Position numbers and translations under genes: made by a program. This document shows positions 10,153 through 21,188 of a stretch of 36,777 bases of DNA, one piece after another. Location of the stretch: the NCBI RefSeq assembly GCF_006345805.1, contig NW_021824675.1, forward strand, positions 1-36,777, read 5' to 3'. The notes under the pieces were generated by a model. That model was not told where the DNA came from, searched no databases, and was given only the letters and a program-made list of their open reading frames with translations. The DNA comes from Octopus sinensis (Eukaryota). Every line of letters begins with the position of its first letter. Within the stretch, counting starts at the first letter, position 1.

Positions 10153-11470
10153 ATGTCGTCTAGCATGGAGCCTACCGTTGGAGCAGAAATACTTGTTTCT
10201 CCTGTTGAGAGGAGGAATACATGTCCGCGAGGAGCCAACTACAGACAAGGAAATAGGGGTTTCCCCCGCTACAAGAAGGAATAGCAGAGAGGATAATATA
10301 TTTGATATTTTTGGAGATGTGTCTGAGAGCTCGTCAGAACTTTCACCAGAAGAGTTTCCGACTTTGCCAGAGAACAAAGGCATTGTGTCGAAGAGAATAA
10401 TTGATGTGCCTAGCATCCAGAAAGAACCAAAAAATGAAAAAAAAAAGTTTTGCGTTGGCTGCTGGGGGTGGAACCCAGATACTGTCGACGAATAAAAGCG
10501 AAATTATGAAATACAGCAAAATGATGGAATAATGACAACAGTGTGAAAATTGAACCTCCGCAAAAGTTATTACAGGAAGAAAAGCAAAAAACAATAATTT
10601 TCAAAACATATTGTCTACAAAATAGAAAAATTGAAAGAATGTCAGAAGAGAAAATAGAAAAGTGCTTAAAGCCAATAATGGGCGACGTAGTATTTCTGAG
10701 AAGAGGAAAAAAATTCGGAACGGTGGAAGTAAGGTTCACCAATAAAGAAATAGCACACAAGAACTCAGTGGAAACGTTGAAAACGAACGACGTGGAGTAA
10801 TCCCTATTATATGGGGATGAGGACGTCGCAAATAAAAATTACAAGGGTCCCGCCAGAGGTCGAACCTATGTGGTTGTTGGCGGCAGTCCTAATCAAAGAG
10901 GTAGGAAAAATTACTCTCCTCCAGGCTACCGCTACGGAAAACCCACGCTGGGATGGTAAAACAATTAATCTTCTCATTCAAGCGGACCCTAAAATAATTC
11001 AAACAATTCCTGAGACAATTGAGGTAGGGGAGGAGAACCTCCTGGTGTTTGTTGAGGGCCGAAAACCTCGATGTTTTTTATGTGGTCAATTAGGCCACAT
11101 TCGAAGGAACTGCAAGGAAAATGAAGAGAGGAGGAAGAGAGGAGAAAAAAGACAAAGAGGAAGAAGATAAAGAAGAAACAGATGAGAAAAAAACAACAAC
11201 AAAAGAAAAATACAACCAGCAACCCAGCCGAGAGCGGCGACTACTACAGAACAACGACCAAAAAAGACTGCCAGAAGAGAAAAAGAAGAAAAAGGCATAA
11301 TAGCCGTATACACTAAGATACTGAGCTCATGAGAGACATTCAACTCATAAAGACTGTAAAAAAAATTGATAACCTTTCAGAGGAATTTATCAATTACGAC
11401 ATATATGAAGTCTCAAATAAGACTTATAGAATTCTACAAAATAAGTACAGAAGACTGTATCTTCATTGAG
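10153..11470 (+). pseudogene. LINE ORF1 (nucleic-acid-binding, gag-like), disrupted by stops and frameshifts
   Basis: Track ORFs 10094-10495, 10543-10800 and 10811-11170 are consecutive pieces. Zinc knuckle CFLCGQLGHIRRNC (C-x2-C-x4-H-x4-C) at 11072-11113, followed by a Lys/Glu-rich tail. Start (ATG 10153) and end are approximate. Confidence 0.75.
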
Positions 11471-11648
11471 ATTAGATTTTAACAAGTCGATATTTCATGG
11501 ATTACCAGCTCCGATCCCGCGAGAAAAGGAAAAGGTGGAGATTCCCCTCCCCTGATAATTCTGTGTCGGTGGTGAGACGGGATTTTGACAAATCTATTTC
11601 CCAAGACCGTCCCCCTCCACCGGACAATCCTAATTAAACAGGTAAGTG

Positions 11649-14600
11649 ATGGCTATTCACATTGGTTGTTTAAATGTTCATGGCCTGTTGTCAAGCTGGA
11701 AGCAAGGACGCTTTCTGAATGACATCAGGTCGAGAATTTGGATGTAATTGTTGCAACGGAAACCCGGGTGAAGGGGCCAAGAGATCTGCTCCCCCTCCTG
11801 AACGGCTACGAGAAATACGTTTCTCCGAGTCGGGCGGGAGGTGGGGGTGGGGTGTTGGTCCTACTAAAAGAAACCGGGTAGCCGAGAAAAAGTTGTTTTT
11901 TCTGACCCAGAAGGCAGGCTGGTCGTTCTCGACTTGACATTCAGTTGTGGCAAGACAATCAGGCTGGTCGCTATTTATGCACCAAACATTATTGGCCCGC
12001 CAACTGAATATTTTCGTGGCCTAGGAAAGTTCCTAGCCACGTCGCATTCACTAGTAGTGTTAGGAGACTCTAATACAATATGTGCAGCACACACAGATTG
12101 TGTTGGCTCAAACTCGAACATGAACAGAAAATGTAACAACGGCTTTCGGGATCTGCTAAGTCAATTTCAGCTAGCAGATCCATATAGGTTGGAGCACCCG
12201 AACACTCCACAGTGGACGTGGTCAAATAGTGACGGGTCTACCAGAACATATCTAGATAGGATTTTAATTAGAGAAAAAGATAAGTCCATAGTTGAGTGTC
12301 CACAGTTTTTTCTAGTCAGCTACAGTGACCACAAGATGGTTACCTGTAAACTGACGGTAGATAAGTTGCATAGACAGGGATCTGGCTACTGGAAACTCAA
12401 TACGTCCCTTTTGGCGATTGAGGAGTACAGAAAGCGGATCAAGATGTTAATACAGAGGGCATTAACAGGTACCATCATTAATAACAAATGGTGGTACGCC
12501 CTAAAAAGAGCCATCAAATATGAGTCTATTAGGTTTAGCATAAGTTTAGCTAAGAAGGGACGTAAAATAGGAGATGGTCTAGTTAAGGAACTAGAAGAAG
12601 CCTGGAGGACTGGTAATACAAACCAAGCGAGGGTGAAAAACTGGAGTTAAACCAGCATCTTGAAGCCCACCACATGGGAAGTATTACCAGAGCTAAGTTA
12701 CGTGCAATGGGAAGTGAAGGAATCAAAGCCGCTGGATGGGCCCGAGTGGTGGAAGCTCGGCAAGGAAATAGTTCCTCTATTCGGTCTTTGACGAATCAAA
12801 ATGGTGTCTTGATAAACGAACCCGAGAAAATGTGTGAGGTCTTTCGGAGTACTTCGCCCAGCTGTTCGGGGGTGACGGCGGTCCTGGTGGTGGGAGAGCC
12901 CTCGAGGACCTTTCTTACCGGGCTGCCGTGCCTCTCGGGGTCGGATGCGGAGTCTTGCGAAGGGCCAATCACACTTGAGGAGGTGATGGAGGCTTTGGCC
13001 GATTGTAAAGCGGGTAAGTCACCGGGACTTGATGGTCTTCCGTACGAGCTGTATAAATGTATGCCAGACTTGTTCGGGCAACTACTGACTGACGTGTACG
13101 CGAACTGGAAACAGAATGGGTTTATCCCCAGATCTGTGCGCCGGGGAGTGACGTTGGTCAGAAAGGACCCGGACAAGGGGGACGTTCTAGAGAATTTCAG
13201 GCCCATATCTCTGTTAAACGCAGAAGTGAAGATTTTGGCCAAGGTTCTAGCAAAAAGGTTGGCGCGTGTCGCGAATGGTATAGTCGGGGAGGCACAGACA
13301 TGTGCCATCCCAGGCAGAACCATTCAGGATACCCTCCATCTTATTCGCTATACCATAGAGAGGTTTGGTAATAAATCTGGCAAAGGTGGGGCATTGGTGC
13401 ATTTGGACCAGTCTAAAGCTTTTGATAGGGTTGACCATCGATACCTAGCGACTGTACTTGCGCGGTTTGGCCTGGGCCTTGGCTTCCTCAGGTGGTTTAT
13501 CGCTTTGTACCACAACATTGACTCGATAGTTCGGGTGAACGGTTTCCTTTCGAAGCCGTTCTGCATCAGACGCTCGGTTCGTCAAGGATGTCCGCTTTCA
13601 CCACTTTTGTATGTGATGGCTCTCGAGCCATTACTGCAAAGGTTGAGTGGCATCCCGAGAGAACCAGGACTAGAGGAGTTTGTTACGGCTTTCGCGGATG
13701 ATATCACTATCAGTGTAACCACAGTGGTACGCCTACGTGAAGTAGGTAAGACTATTGAGGCTTACGAGGAGGTAGCAGGAGCAAAGATTAACCGGGAAAA
13801 GTCGGTCGGCTTGCAGCTCGGCACCTGGGTTGGCAAGTCTTCAGACAGTGTTGTTAGGCGCTGGACGGAGGGACCGGTTAAGTTGCTGGGAGTCTGGTTT
13901 GGACCAGGCCTCCAGATAGAGAAGAACTGGACGGAGGTATTGAGCAGGGTGGCTGCAGTAGTCAAGACTTGGTCTTGGCGGTGGCTATCCCTGAAAGGGA
14001 GGGCGGAAGTGGCCAATGTGTTTATCGCATCGGTCATTACCTACCGCCTGACTGTCGTGCCCTGTCCGGATTCGTGGTTGATCAGGTTGGAGAGACAGCT
14101 CTTTCGCTTTTTGTGGAAGGGCAGGTCGCCACTTGTGAAACGCTCTGTCTGCTGTCAAAAGCCTTTAAATGGAGGTTTAGGGATGCCTTGGTTAATGATG
14201 CGCAGACATGCGTTGAGGTTGAGGCACCTCTGGATTCTCCTGGATAGTGAACGGGTGTGGTCTCCGCTGGCCAGACAAATGTTCCCTGAGTTCAAGAGTT
14301 TTTGCGAACAGGAAGCCTGGTGTTCTCGTAGACCGAGGTCGAGTGAGTGGCATAAAGAGTGCCGTAAGGCCCTCTTGCTGTTCCGGCGCTCGGGCAACGC
14401 CAGCGGTGGGGGTTCCACACGGATTTTATATAGTGGGTTGGTAGAGTCTGAATGCGACGATGGCCTGGGGTCGACTCTAGGTCTCGGATTTATTCAACTG
14501 GACAGCTTGTTTCATCGTACATTCGGGTTGAGAACGTTGGACAACTTCCAAAAGTCCTTAACCTGGCAATGCTACAGAGGTGCCTTGCCCGTTTGGGATA

Positions 14601-15036
14601 AGCTCGCAAGACATGGTAAACGTCAGTCGCCGACCTGTCCAAGATGCGGTGGGGACAGGGAAACCGTCCCTCACGCTATTGTTCAGTGTCCGGAGATAAC
14701 TGAAATGTGGGCTTATGCTGAACATCTGTTGTCCGGCGAAGGAAGAGTACGGCTGTCGACTGAGTCAATTATAAAAATTGACCCACCGGGAGTTCTAACG
14801 AACGAAGGTAAGAATTGTTTTCTCACGGTTGTAGCAAAGCAAAAGAGGCTGTATGGAATACTAGGATAAAAGGAATTAAGACAGGCAACTTTATCTCTGG
14901 TGACAATTTACGATCCTTTTTTTCTTTTCATTTGAAAAGGAAACTGTGGCTGGAGAAGAGGTGTCTGTCAGAGTGTACGTTCCAAAAGAGATGGAAGTAT
15001 GTTGCACGAGTGTTGTGCGTGCAAGGAACCGTGTGA
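11649..15036 (+). pseudogene. LINE ORF2: AP endonuclease + reverse transcriptase + C-terminal CCHC, disrupted
   Basis: APE: MAIHIGCLNVHGL, DVIVATETR, EGRLVVLD, IYAPN, GDSN, YLDRIL, SDH. RT: GKSPGLDGLPYE, NFRPISLLNAE, LDQSKAFDRVDH, RQGCPLSPLLY, FADD (13691-13702). Zinc finger: CPRCGGDRETVPHAIVQC. Lesions: frameshift near 11732, in-frame stop near 11880, TAA 12648-12650, frameshift near 14840 into AKEAVWNTRIKG...KRWKYVARVLCVQGTV* (TGA 15034-15036). Confidence 0.92.
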
Positions 15037-15286
15037 ATAGACGAGAAAAAAAAAAAAAAAAAGGAAAAATAAAAAGGTATCAGCGGTAGATCGGGGCTTG
15101 TGGGATCGGAGCGTAACTTGATCATCGCTTCATTTGTATTGTTTTTGTACTGTGTATTCCATTCGATTTTTATGTATTGTATTTTATTTTTGATGTCACA
15201 TTTATGTAAAATCATATCGATTCACTGATCCCATCAGTTGTACTGTCCATATCTATGTTTGGCCCCCGGTGGGCAATAAAGAAATT

Positions 15287-15467
15287 GGTATTCCGTCTGC
15301 CGTTACGTTCTGAGTTCAAATTCCGCCGAGGTCGACTTTGCTTTTCATCCTTTCGAGGTCGATTAAATAAGTACCAGTTACACACTGGGGTCGATATAAA
15401 CGACTTAATCCGTTTTTCTGTCCATGTTTGTCCTCTCTGTTCAGCACCTTGTGGGCAATAAAGAAAT
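15287..15467 (+). mobile_element. Family A SINE, remainder (B-box, core, tail 1)
   Basis: GTTCTGAGTTCAAATTCCGCCGAGGTCGACTTTGC...CATCCTTTCGAGGTCGAT...CCTTGTGGGCAATAAAGAAAT continues where 9926-9988 stops. Confidence 0.9.
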
Positions 15468-16199
15468 ATATATAGAAAGAGTCTTCTTGATTTAAATCTT
15501 TTCGTTGTGGATACTATGCAATTTATTTACTTGGAAGGTGTGACAAGATTTGTGTTTATCATACAGTGGTGCTATCTTTTGGGTGGTCTCTCTCTTTCCG
15601 AGCAGAAGTGGAGCAATTCCAGTGATTGGCAGCTAAATTACAAAGGTGTAAATTTAAGGGTATCGAATATACCTTGCAAGATTTCATATGGGAAAACATT
15701 TCTAGGGGAAATATATGTCCATAAAAAAGTTGAATTTGACCTTTTCGCAGGGCGTCTAAGATTGGTGCAGAAAAAGCGCCAGAAACTACGACTCATGGCA
15801 TAGCTACAGCCAAGAGACTTAATCCAAATTTTTGTTACAGAATATATATATATATATATATATCGTTGCTATTATGTTAAACTGTCATATGTCCAAATTT
15901 GGCCAAATGCGTTTTTTTTTTTTTTCAATATTTAATTTTGTTTGCAATACCCAGTTCTTTTGGTCAAACTATCGTATCTCCAGCTGCTTCAGATGAAAAT
16001 TGTCAAAATGTAGAACAACAGTTTAGCATTTTTCAAAAGTGTAGTAAGCCCCACATACAACAGTTTTGCAAAAATATTTCTCACTGAAAATATCATACGT
16101 ACATGAATTTACGATTTTATCCACCCAACAAAGTATTATTGTTAAGCTGAAACTCTTGCAAATGTAAAAAGAAACGGAATGGTGAAACTATTTTTTCGT

Positions 16200-16221
16200 T
16201 TTCTACAACGATATATATATG

Positions 16222-16252
<31 letters not shown>

Positions 16253-16254
16253 TA

Positions 16255-16305
<51 letters not shown>

Positions 16306-16670
16306 ATATATATATATATTTATACATACATACATACATGTACATATGTACATGAGTATGTGTATATACATATATTTATATACATACACCCACACACTCA
16401 CACACTCACACACACTCACACACTCACACACACACGTACGCACAGATTTGTATATGTATATATATGTATGTATATAATTTCCGGGAATTGATTTCCAATC
16501 CCGGAAATTATCAATATATACATATGTATATATGTGTATATATATATACGCATATGTATGTATGTATGTATGTATGTATATACGTATGTATCAGTACACA
16601 CACACACATACACACGAGCATGCACACACTCATATATTTATGCATATATACATACGTATATAATATTATG

Positions 16671-16707
<37 letters not shown>

Positions 16708-16948
16708 GTATATATATGTGTGTCTCTGTGTGTGTATACATACATACATACACCCACACACATATGTATGTATATATGTATTTATATATATGTCTATGTA
16801 TGTATATATGTGTGTGTGTGTTTATATATATATATATACACACATACATGCATACAACCACATATATATACATACATACATACATACATACATACATACA
16901 TACATACATACATACATACATACACATACATACACATACATACATACA

Positions 16949-16980
<32 letters not shown>
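16200..16980. repeat. Compound (TA)n/(CA)n/(TACA)n/(TATG)n microsatellite field
   Basis: Directly visible; source of the Y/I/H/C/V-rich ORFs. Confidence 0.95.
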
Positions 16981-17139
16981 ATTTCCGGGAATGGAAACCG
17001 ACTGTCGGAAATTGTGGCACCGGAAACTGGGATCTTACCTAATTAAGTCTACGTCACCACCATAACTAAATAGCTGCAATCCTACCGAACACCCCACCCC
17101 TGCCAAAACATTAACATAAATCGGCCATTGAGGAAGTCT

Positions 17140-17480
17140 GTATATGGTCAGGCAGGTACTAGACATAACAGCCAAATCACCCTTAAATCAATACTCAACA
17201 TGGACGCAACCGCGGTCACGTGCCATATTGCACCTATTGTCCTTGACAGACTGAAAAAATGATGGGATGGTCATGGCTAGAAAGTTTTTGATGATCTGAA
17301 TGATCAAGGCTGACCTGGAGCTAAACAACATCAATCAATAATCGAACCTTTACATACCGATCCTCTTGAAATAGCAGCCCAGTCTCTCCCAAATCACACC
17401 TCACCGTTCTAAGACGTTGATGTCGTTCGTCAAAGATATGTCGAAGAGACAGGTTGATTGCAGATGGAATACCTTTAATT
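17140..17480 (+). repeat. Dispersed repeat family E, two tandem partial copies
   Basis: ACATAACAGCCAAATCACCCTTAAATC (17163) and GAAATAGCAGCCCAGTCTCTCCCAAATCACAC (17368). 3' part CTGACCTGGAGCTAAACAAC is shared with 2170-2356. Confidence 0.55.
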
Positions 17481-17517
17481 ATAGGTTTCTTTGATACCAG
17501 AATCTTTTTTTTTTTGT

Positions 17518-17812
17518 TCCTTCTCGAGTCACACCTAGCTCATAGGGCCGGTTTCCCGGTTTCCTTGGCGTATAGGTTCCCCACCTGGACGGGACGCCGG
17601 TCCGTTGCAGGTGAACTACAAGATGCAGGAGGAAAGAGTGTGAGAAAGTTGTGGCGAAAGAATCAGCAGAAGTTCGCCATTGCCTTCTGCCAGAGCCGCA
17701 TGGAGCTTAGGTGCTTCGCTCATAAACACACACATCGCCCGGTCTGAGATTCGAACCCTCGATCCCTCGACTGCGAGTCCGCTGCTCTAACCACTAGGCC
17801 ATGTGCATCCAC
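17518..17812 (-). mobile_element. Chimeric tRNA-derived SINE (family D head/body + family C tail)
   Basis: Body GAGCGAAGCACCTAAGCTCCA...CACAACTTTCTC as in 3920-4316; tail GTCCCGTCCAGGTGGGGAACCTATACGCC...GAAACCGGGAAACCGG as in 2966-3217. Confidence 0.8.
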
Positions 17813-17964
17813 GCTAGAATCTTTAGCGTAGACAAAAAGTTCTTGATGGCGTTTGATGGTTGTTGCTACACGATGTGCTACCATACTTATATGCTACTAC
17901 AGTAATGTGCTTCCATACTGGTGTGCTGCATCCTACTCTAGCATGAATATAGGTTTCGACTTTT

Positions 17965-18452
17965 AGCACAAGGTCAGAAATATCGGAGGAAGGAGTATGT
18001 CGATTATATCAACCACGTTACTCAAGTGGTACTTACTTTTGAGACCCCCTTCGGTCATGACTGACCGTGGGATTGCACCTAGAAAGTAACCCTCCCAGGC
18101 ACAAGTCCAGGCAAGGTTGTTTATGGAAGACCAGCAGTCGCCAATGCATACCAGACTCCCCTCTCCACGCCACCAGTGTTATCCAAGGGAAAGGCAAAGG
18201 TAGTTACAGCTTGGCACCTGTGATGTCGCAACTCATTTCTACAGCTGAGTGAACTGGAGCAACGTGAAATAAAGTGTCTTGCTCAAGAACACCACACGCA
18301 GCCCGGTCTGAGATTCGAACTCACAACCTCACGACCGTAAGCTCGACGCTCTAACCACTGAGCCATGCGCCTTCACTCAGAACGCAAAGATGGACGAAAT
18401 GCTGCTAAGCATTTTTCCCGACGTACTAACGATTCTGCCAGCTCGCCGCCTA
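17965..18452 (-). mobile_element. Family A SINE (tail 2) interrupted by a nested family-C-head SINE
   Basis: Tail and core at 17965-18040, head at 18375-18452; the middle of the core is missing. Confidence 0.65.
18041..18374 (-). mobile_element. Family-C-head SINE with a different 3' body
   Basis: GGCGCATGGCTCAGTGGTTAGAGCG...GGTTGTGAGTTCGAATC...TTCTTGAGCAAGACACTTTATTTCACGTTGCTCCAG; ends CATGACCGAAGGGGGTCTC. Confidence 0.8.
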
Positions 18453-18467
18453 ACTTTGTCATAAATA

Positions 18468-18612
18468 TTCCTTTCTACTACAGACACAAGGCTTGAAATT
18501 TCGGAGCAAGAGTTAAGTTGATTATATCTTCCCCAGTGCTTAACTGGTATTTACTTTGCCGCTAAGCATTTCGTCCCGGCGTGCTAATAATTCTGCCAGC
18601 TCGCTGCCTTCA
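18468..18612 (-). mobile_element. Family A SINE with internal deletion (tail 2)
   Basis: Head ...GAAATGCTTAGCGGC joined directly to AAAGTAAATACCAG and tail 2. Confidence 0.7.
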
Positions 18613-19024
18613 CTCTGGCGTTAATATTATTCACAAACACACAAACGTTAGGCCGCTTCAACGAAGTTTAATCTTTGTTTTTGAGTGTGTATCATTAGGT
18701 TTGAAAACTAATTATGACCTGAGGATATCATAGCATTACTGCATGAACAGAATAGCTATAAAGGAAATTAACAACCTTTGGTGGGTGTATGTTGTAGACT
18801 TGATCCCCTGCTCTGCTTTAACGCTATCGCCTGGTCCTTACGTACCATTTACCATGTATACTCTGATGTAAGTATCAAGGCTAAGTTTAACTTACTCTTT
18901 CGAGCACAACTTCTCCCTTCATCCAGCAAATCCTGAAGGCTTTGGAAACAACAAAAGGTCATGGGCTGACTAAGCGGTATGGCAGAAAACATACCAACAA
19001 TATATGCCTCTAGTTATGGGCAAT

Positions 19025-19120
19025 TATGTTCTGAGTTCGAATCTTGCCGAAGTTAGCTTTGCTTTTCATCCTTCTTTTTGTCGATAAATAAAAGTATCAA
19101 ACAAATACTAGGCTCGATCA
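19025..19120 (+). mobile_element. Family A SINE core fragment
   Basis: GTTCTGAGTTCGAATCTTGCCGAAGTTAGCTTTGCTTTTCATCC. Confidence 0.65.
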
Positions 19121-19315
19121 TTTCTGATTGTGAAGACACGTGACCAAGTGGTGATGTTTGGCTCGTGAACATAAGGTTGTGGATTCAGTTCTTGGACAGA
19201 GTAGCACGTTGTATCCATTGAGCTTCTGTTTTTGAGTAACAACCTATTGGATGCTGGTCTGTCTGTCTGTCTGTCTGTCTGTCTCTTTTTCTCTGTCTCT
19301 CTTTCTCTCTCACTC

Positions 19316-19356
<41 letters not shown>

Positions 19357-19432
19357 CTCTCTCCCTTAAGCTATTTCACCCTGGGAAGCGAAAAGGTGTC
19401 TGTTCGCAACGTTATAAGCACCTAAATGAATT

Positions 19433-19695
19433 GTAGAGGCGCGTAGCTTAGTGGTAAGTGTGTTGGACTAATGATCGTAAGATTGTAGTTTCGATTTCTG
19501 GACCGGGCGATGCGTTGTGTTCTTGAGCAAAGCACGTCATTTCACGTTACTCCAGTCCACTCAACTAGAAAAAATGAGTAATCCTGCGATGGACCGGTGT
19601 CCCGTCCAGGCGGGGAATTTATATGCCATGAAACTGAGAAACCAGCCCCCATGAGTCGGCATGACTTGAAAAGGTAACTTTATGCTTTTCCCTTT
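19433..19695 (+). mobile_element. Family C SINE
   Basis: GGCGCGTAGCTTAGTGGTAAG...TGTTCTTGAGCAAAGCAC...CCCATGAGTCGGCATGACTTGAAAAGG. Confidence 0.8.
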
Positions 19696-20399
19696 TCCCT
19701 AAATGAATTAAAGAAAGCGTGGTAGCTGCTACCGAGCCATACTCGCTCATGAATGACTGCTGGTATCTCTGATGTGAATGGAATTATGGTAGAAGACAAT
19801 AACTGAGTTCAGGTAAAAACAACGTTGATATCAATGGCTTCAAATACGATTTCTTGCCCATTTTACAAATAATATGAATTAGCTTATAATTTTCTGGGCT
19901 TCTCCCGAAAAAGCACTAGCATATTCCACCATACGTACACTCAAGTCTTAAGAGTCTCTGTGCCTGGTGGTGTGAGATCGCATTTTAGTGAGTGCGACAA
20001 ATAGGGGTAAAATATAAACTTGATTGAAATAATGTTTCACACTCACAGATTCTGAATACGTTTCGGTAGATTTGAACGAGAATACACTAATCCCTGTTGT
20101 ATATCGCCCACAGAGAACAACTGCTACTTTCAGAAGATGTGTGCTCATAACATACTCGAATCATTGAGTTAAAGGTACTTTGAGACGCCGCGGAGATTCA
20201 AGACAACCAGGTCAAAACTCCACACCGTGACGTTTTCTTTTTCTTTTTGTAATAAAATTGCTTTTCATCATAGAATTATTAACTGACTCTTAAAAGTAAC
20301 TTTGTTCAATTAACTACACCAGGAACTTTATTATACTATAGGAATCTTTGTGGTTCGATTTTAAACAAAATAAATTAATAAAATGAATTAGAAAATTTA

Positions 20400-20530
20400 A
20401 TTATCTGTCTTCCAATGTGATTTGGCTTTTGCAGGGGGTGCAAAGATTAATGAAACATTTTCTTGCAGTACGATTACTAAACATTTCCTATTCGTGAAGA
20501 AAACAGCAAAGGTTGAGAACTACTGCTCTA
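20400..20530 (+). mobile_element. Possible hAT (Charlie-like) DNA transposon end
   Basis: GGTTGAGAACTACTG (20511-20525) is the reverse complement of CAGTAGTTCTCAACC, close to the CAGTGGTTCTCAA TIR of hAT-Charlie elements, and is followed by CTCTA. The other end was not found. Confidence 0.35.
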
Positions 20531-20759
20531 TATGATCTCTCAATTTGCTAAAAATGGCTTCCATGTCTACTCCAAATTATACTTAGCGGTTTGAAACAGG
20601 AAGGACAAGACTGGTTGAAAACAAGACAGGATTTGACACTCATGGCTTTGACTGTCTTTGATCAGTGGTTTTCTTGTCTGACTTTATCTTGGTTGATCTG
20701 GGTTTAAATTGTAATAAAAGCACCATTTCAAATACAAGTTTACGCCATTGCATACACGT

Positions 20760-21150
20760 TTGTATTCACGTACACACACGCACGCACGCACGCACACACA
20801 CACACACACACTCACATTTATAGACTTAAATGAAACACATAGGCGTAAATACACATACAGCAGTGACTTTTTTGAGACACACAGACATACTTAAAAGTAG
20901 GAAAAGACTTAAATACGAACAGACATAGACACATACGGACACACGCAAACTTTAGAGAGGAGATAGATGTAAGAACACGTACGGGGTTCAACGCACACAG
21001 ACACATGAATACAAGCACATACACACACGCATACATGCATATACACACGTTCATATACATACACACACACACACATACGCACACACATATACGCATGTAG
21101 ACAGAGAGCGACAAAAACCACACACGCAGACACACACACACACACACACG

Positions 21151-21188
<38 letters not shown>

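Larger units (their letters stand above)
9989..15286 (+). mobile_element. Full-length, degenerate non-LTR retrotransposon (LINE), Tx1/L1 clade
   Basis: Two-ORF layout: ORF1 with gag-like CCHC, then ORF2 with APE-RT-CCHC. Flanked by the imperfect direct repeat GGTATTTCAGCTGCCG (9973-9988) / GGTATTCCGTCTGCCG (15287-15302), with a split SINE either side. Clade inferred from APE motifs, LDQSKAFDRVDH, RQGCPLSPLLY and the L1/Tx1-type C-terminus. Confidence 0.9.

Noticed and set aside
12796-14418. Antisense and alternate-frame ORFs inside the LINE
   Set aside because: Shadows of the GC-richer RT coding region, with no independent motifs.
15046-15062. A17 run as the LINE poly(A) terminus
   Set aside because: The matching TSD and the continuation of the split SINE lie at 15287, so the element most likely extends about 225 bp further. 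The alternative is kept as the refutation test for the top finding.
15507-16087. ORFs 15507-15803 and 15899-16087 as host exons
   Set aside because: No recognisable domain and no convincing paired splice sites.
15860-16212. TIR element bounded by TATCGTTG / CAACGATA within TA repeats
   Set aside because: Only 8 bp are complementary, partly from the TA tracts, and there is no internal support.
16142-17046. Overlapping Y/I/H/C/V-rich ORFs, here and at 20818-22481, 29051-29318, 34148-34445 and 35739-36091
   Set aside because: These are translations of (TA)n, (CA)n and (TACA)n microsatellites, which lack stop codons in some frames.
18300-18374. tRNA genes at SINE heads (also 4245-4316, 17745-17812, 19433-19500)
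   Set aside because: A/B-box-like motifs are present, but I see no intact acceptor stem, and each continues into a SINE body.
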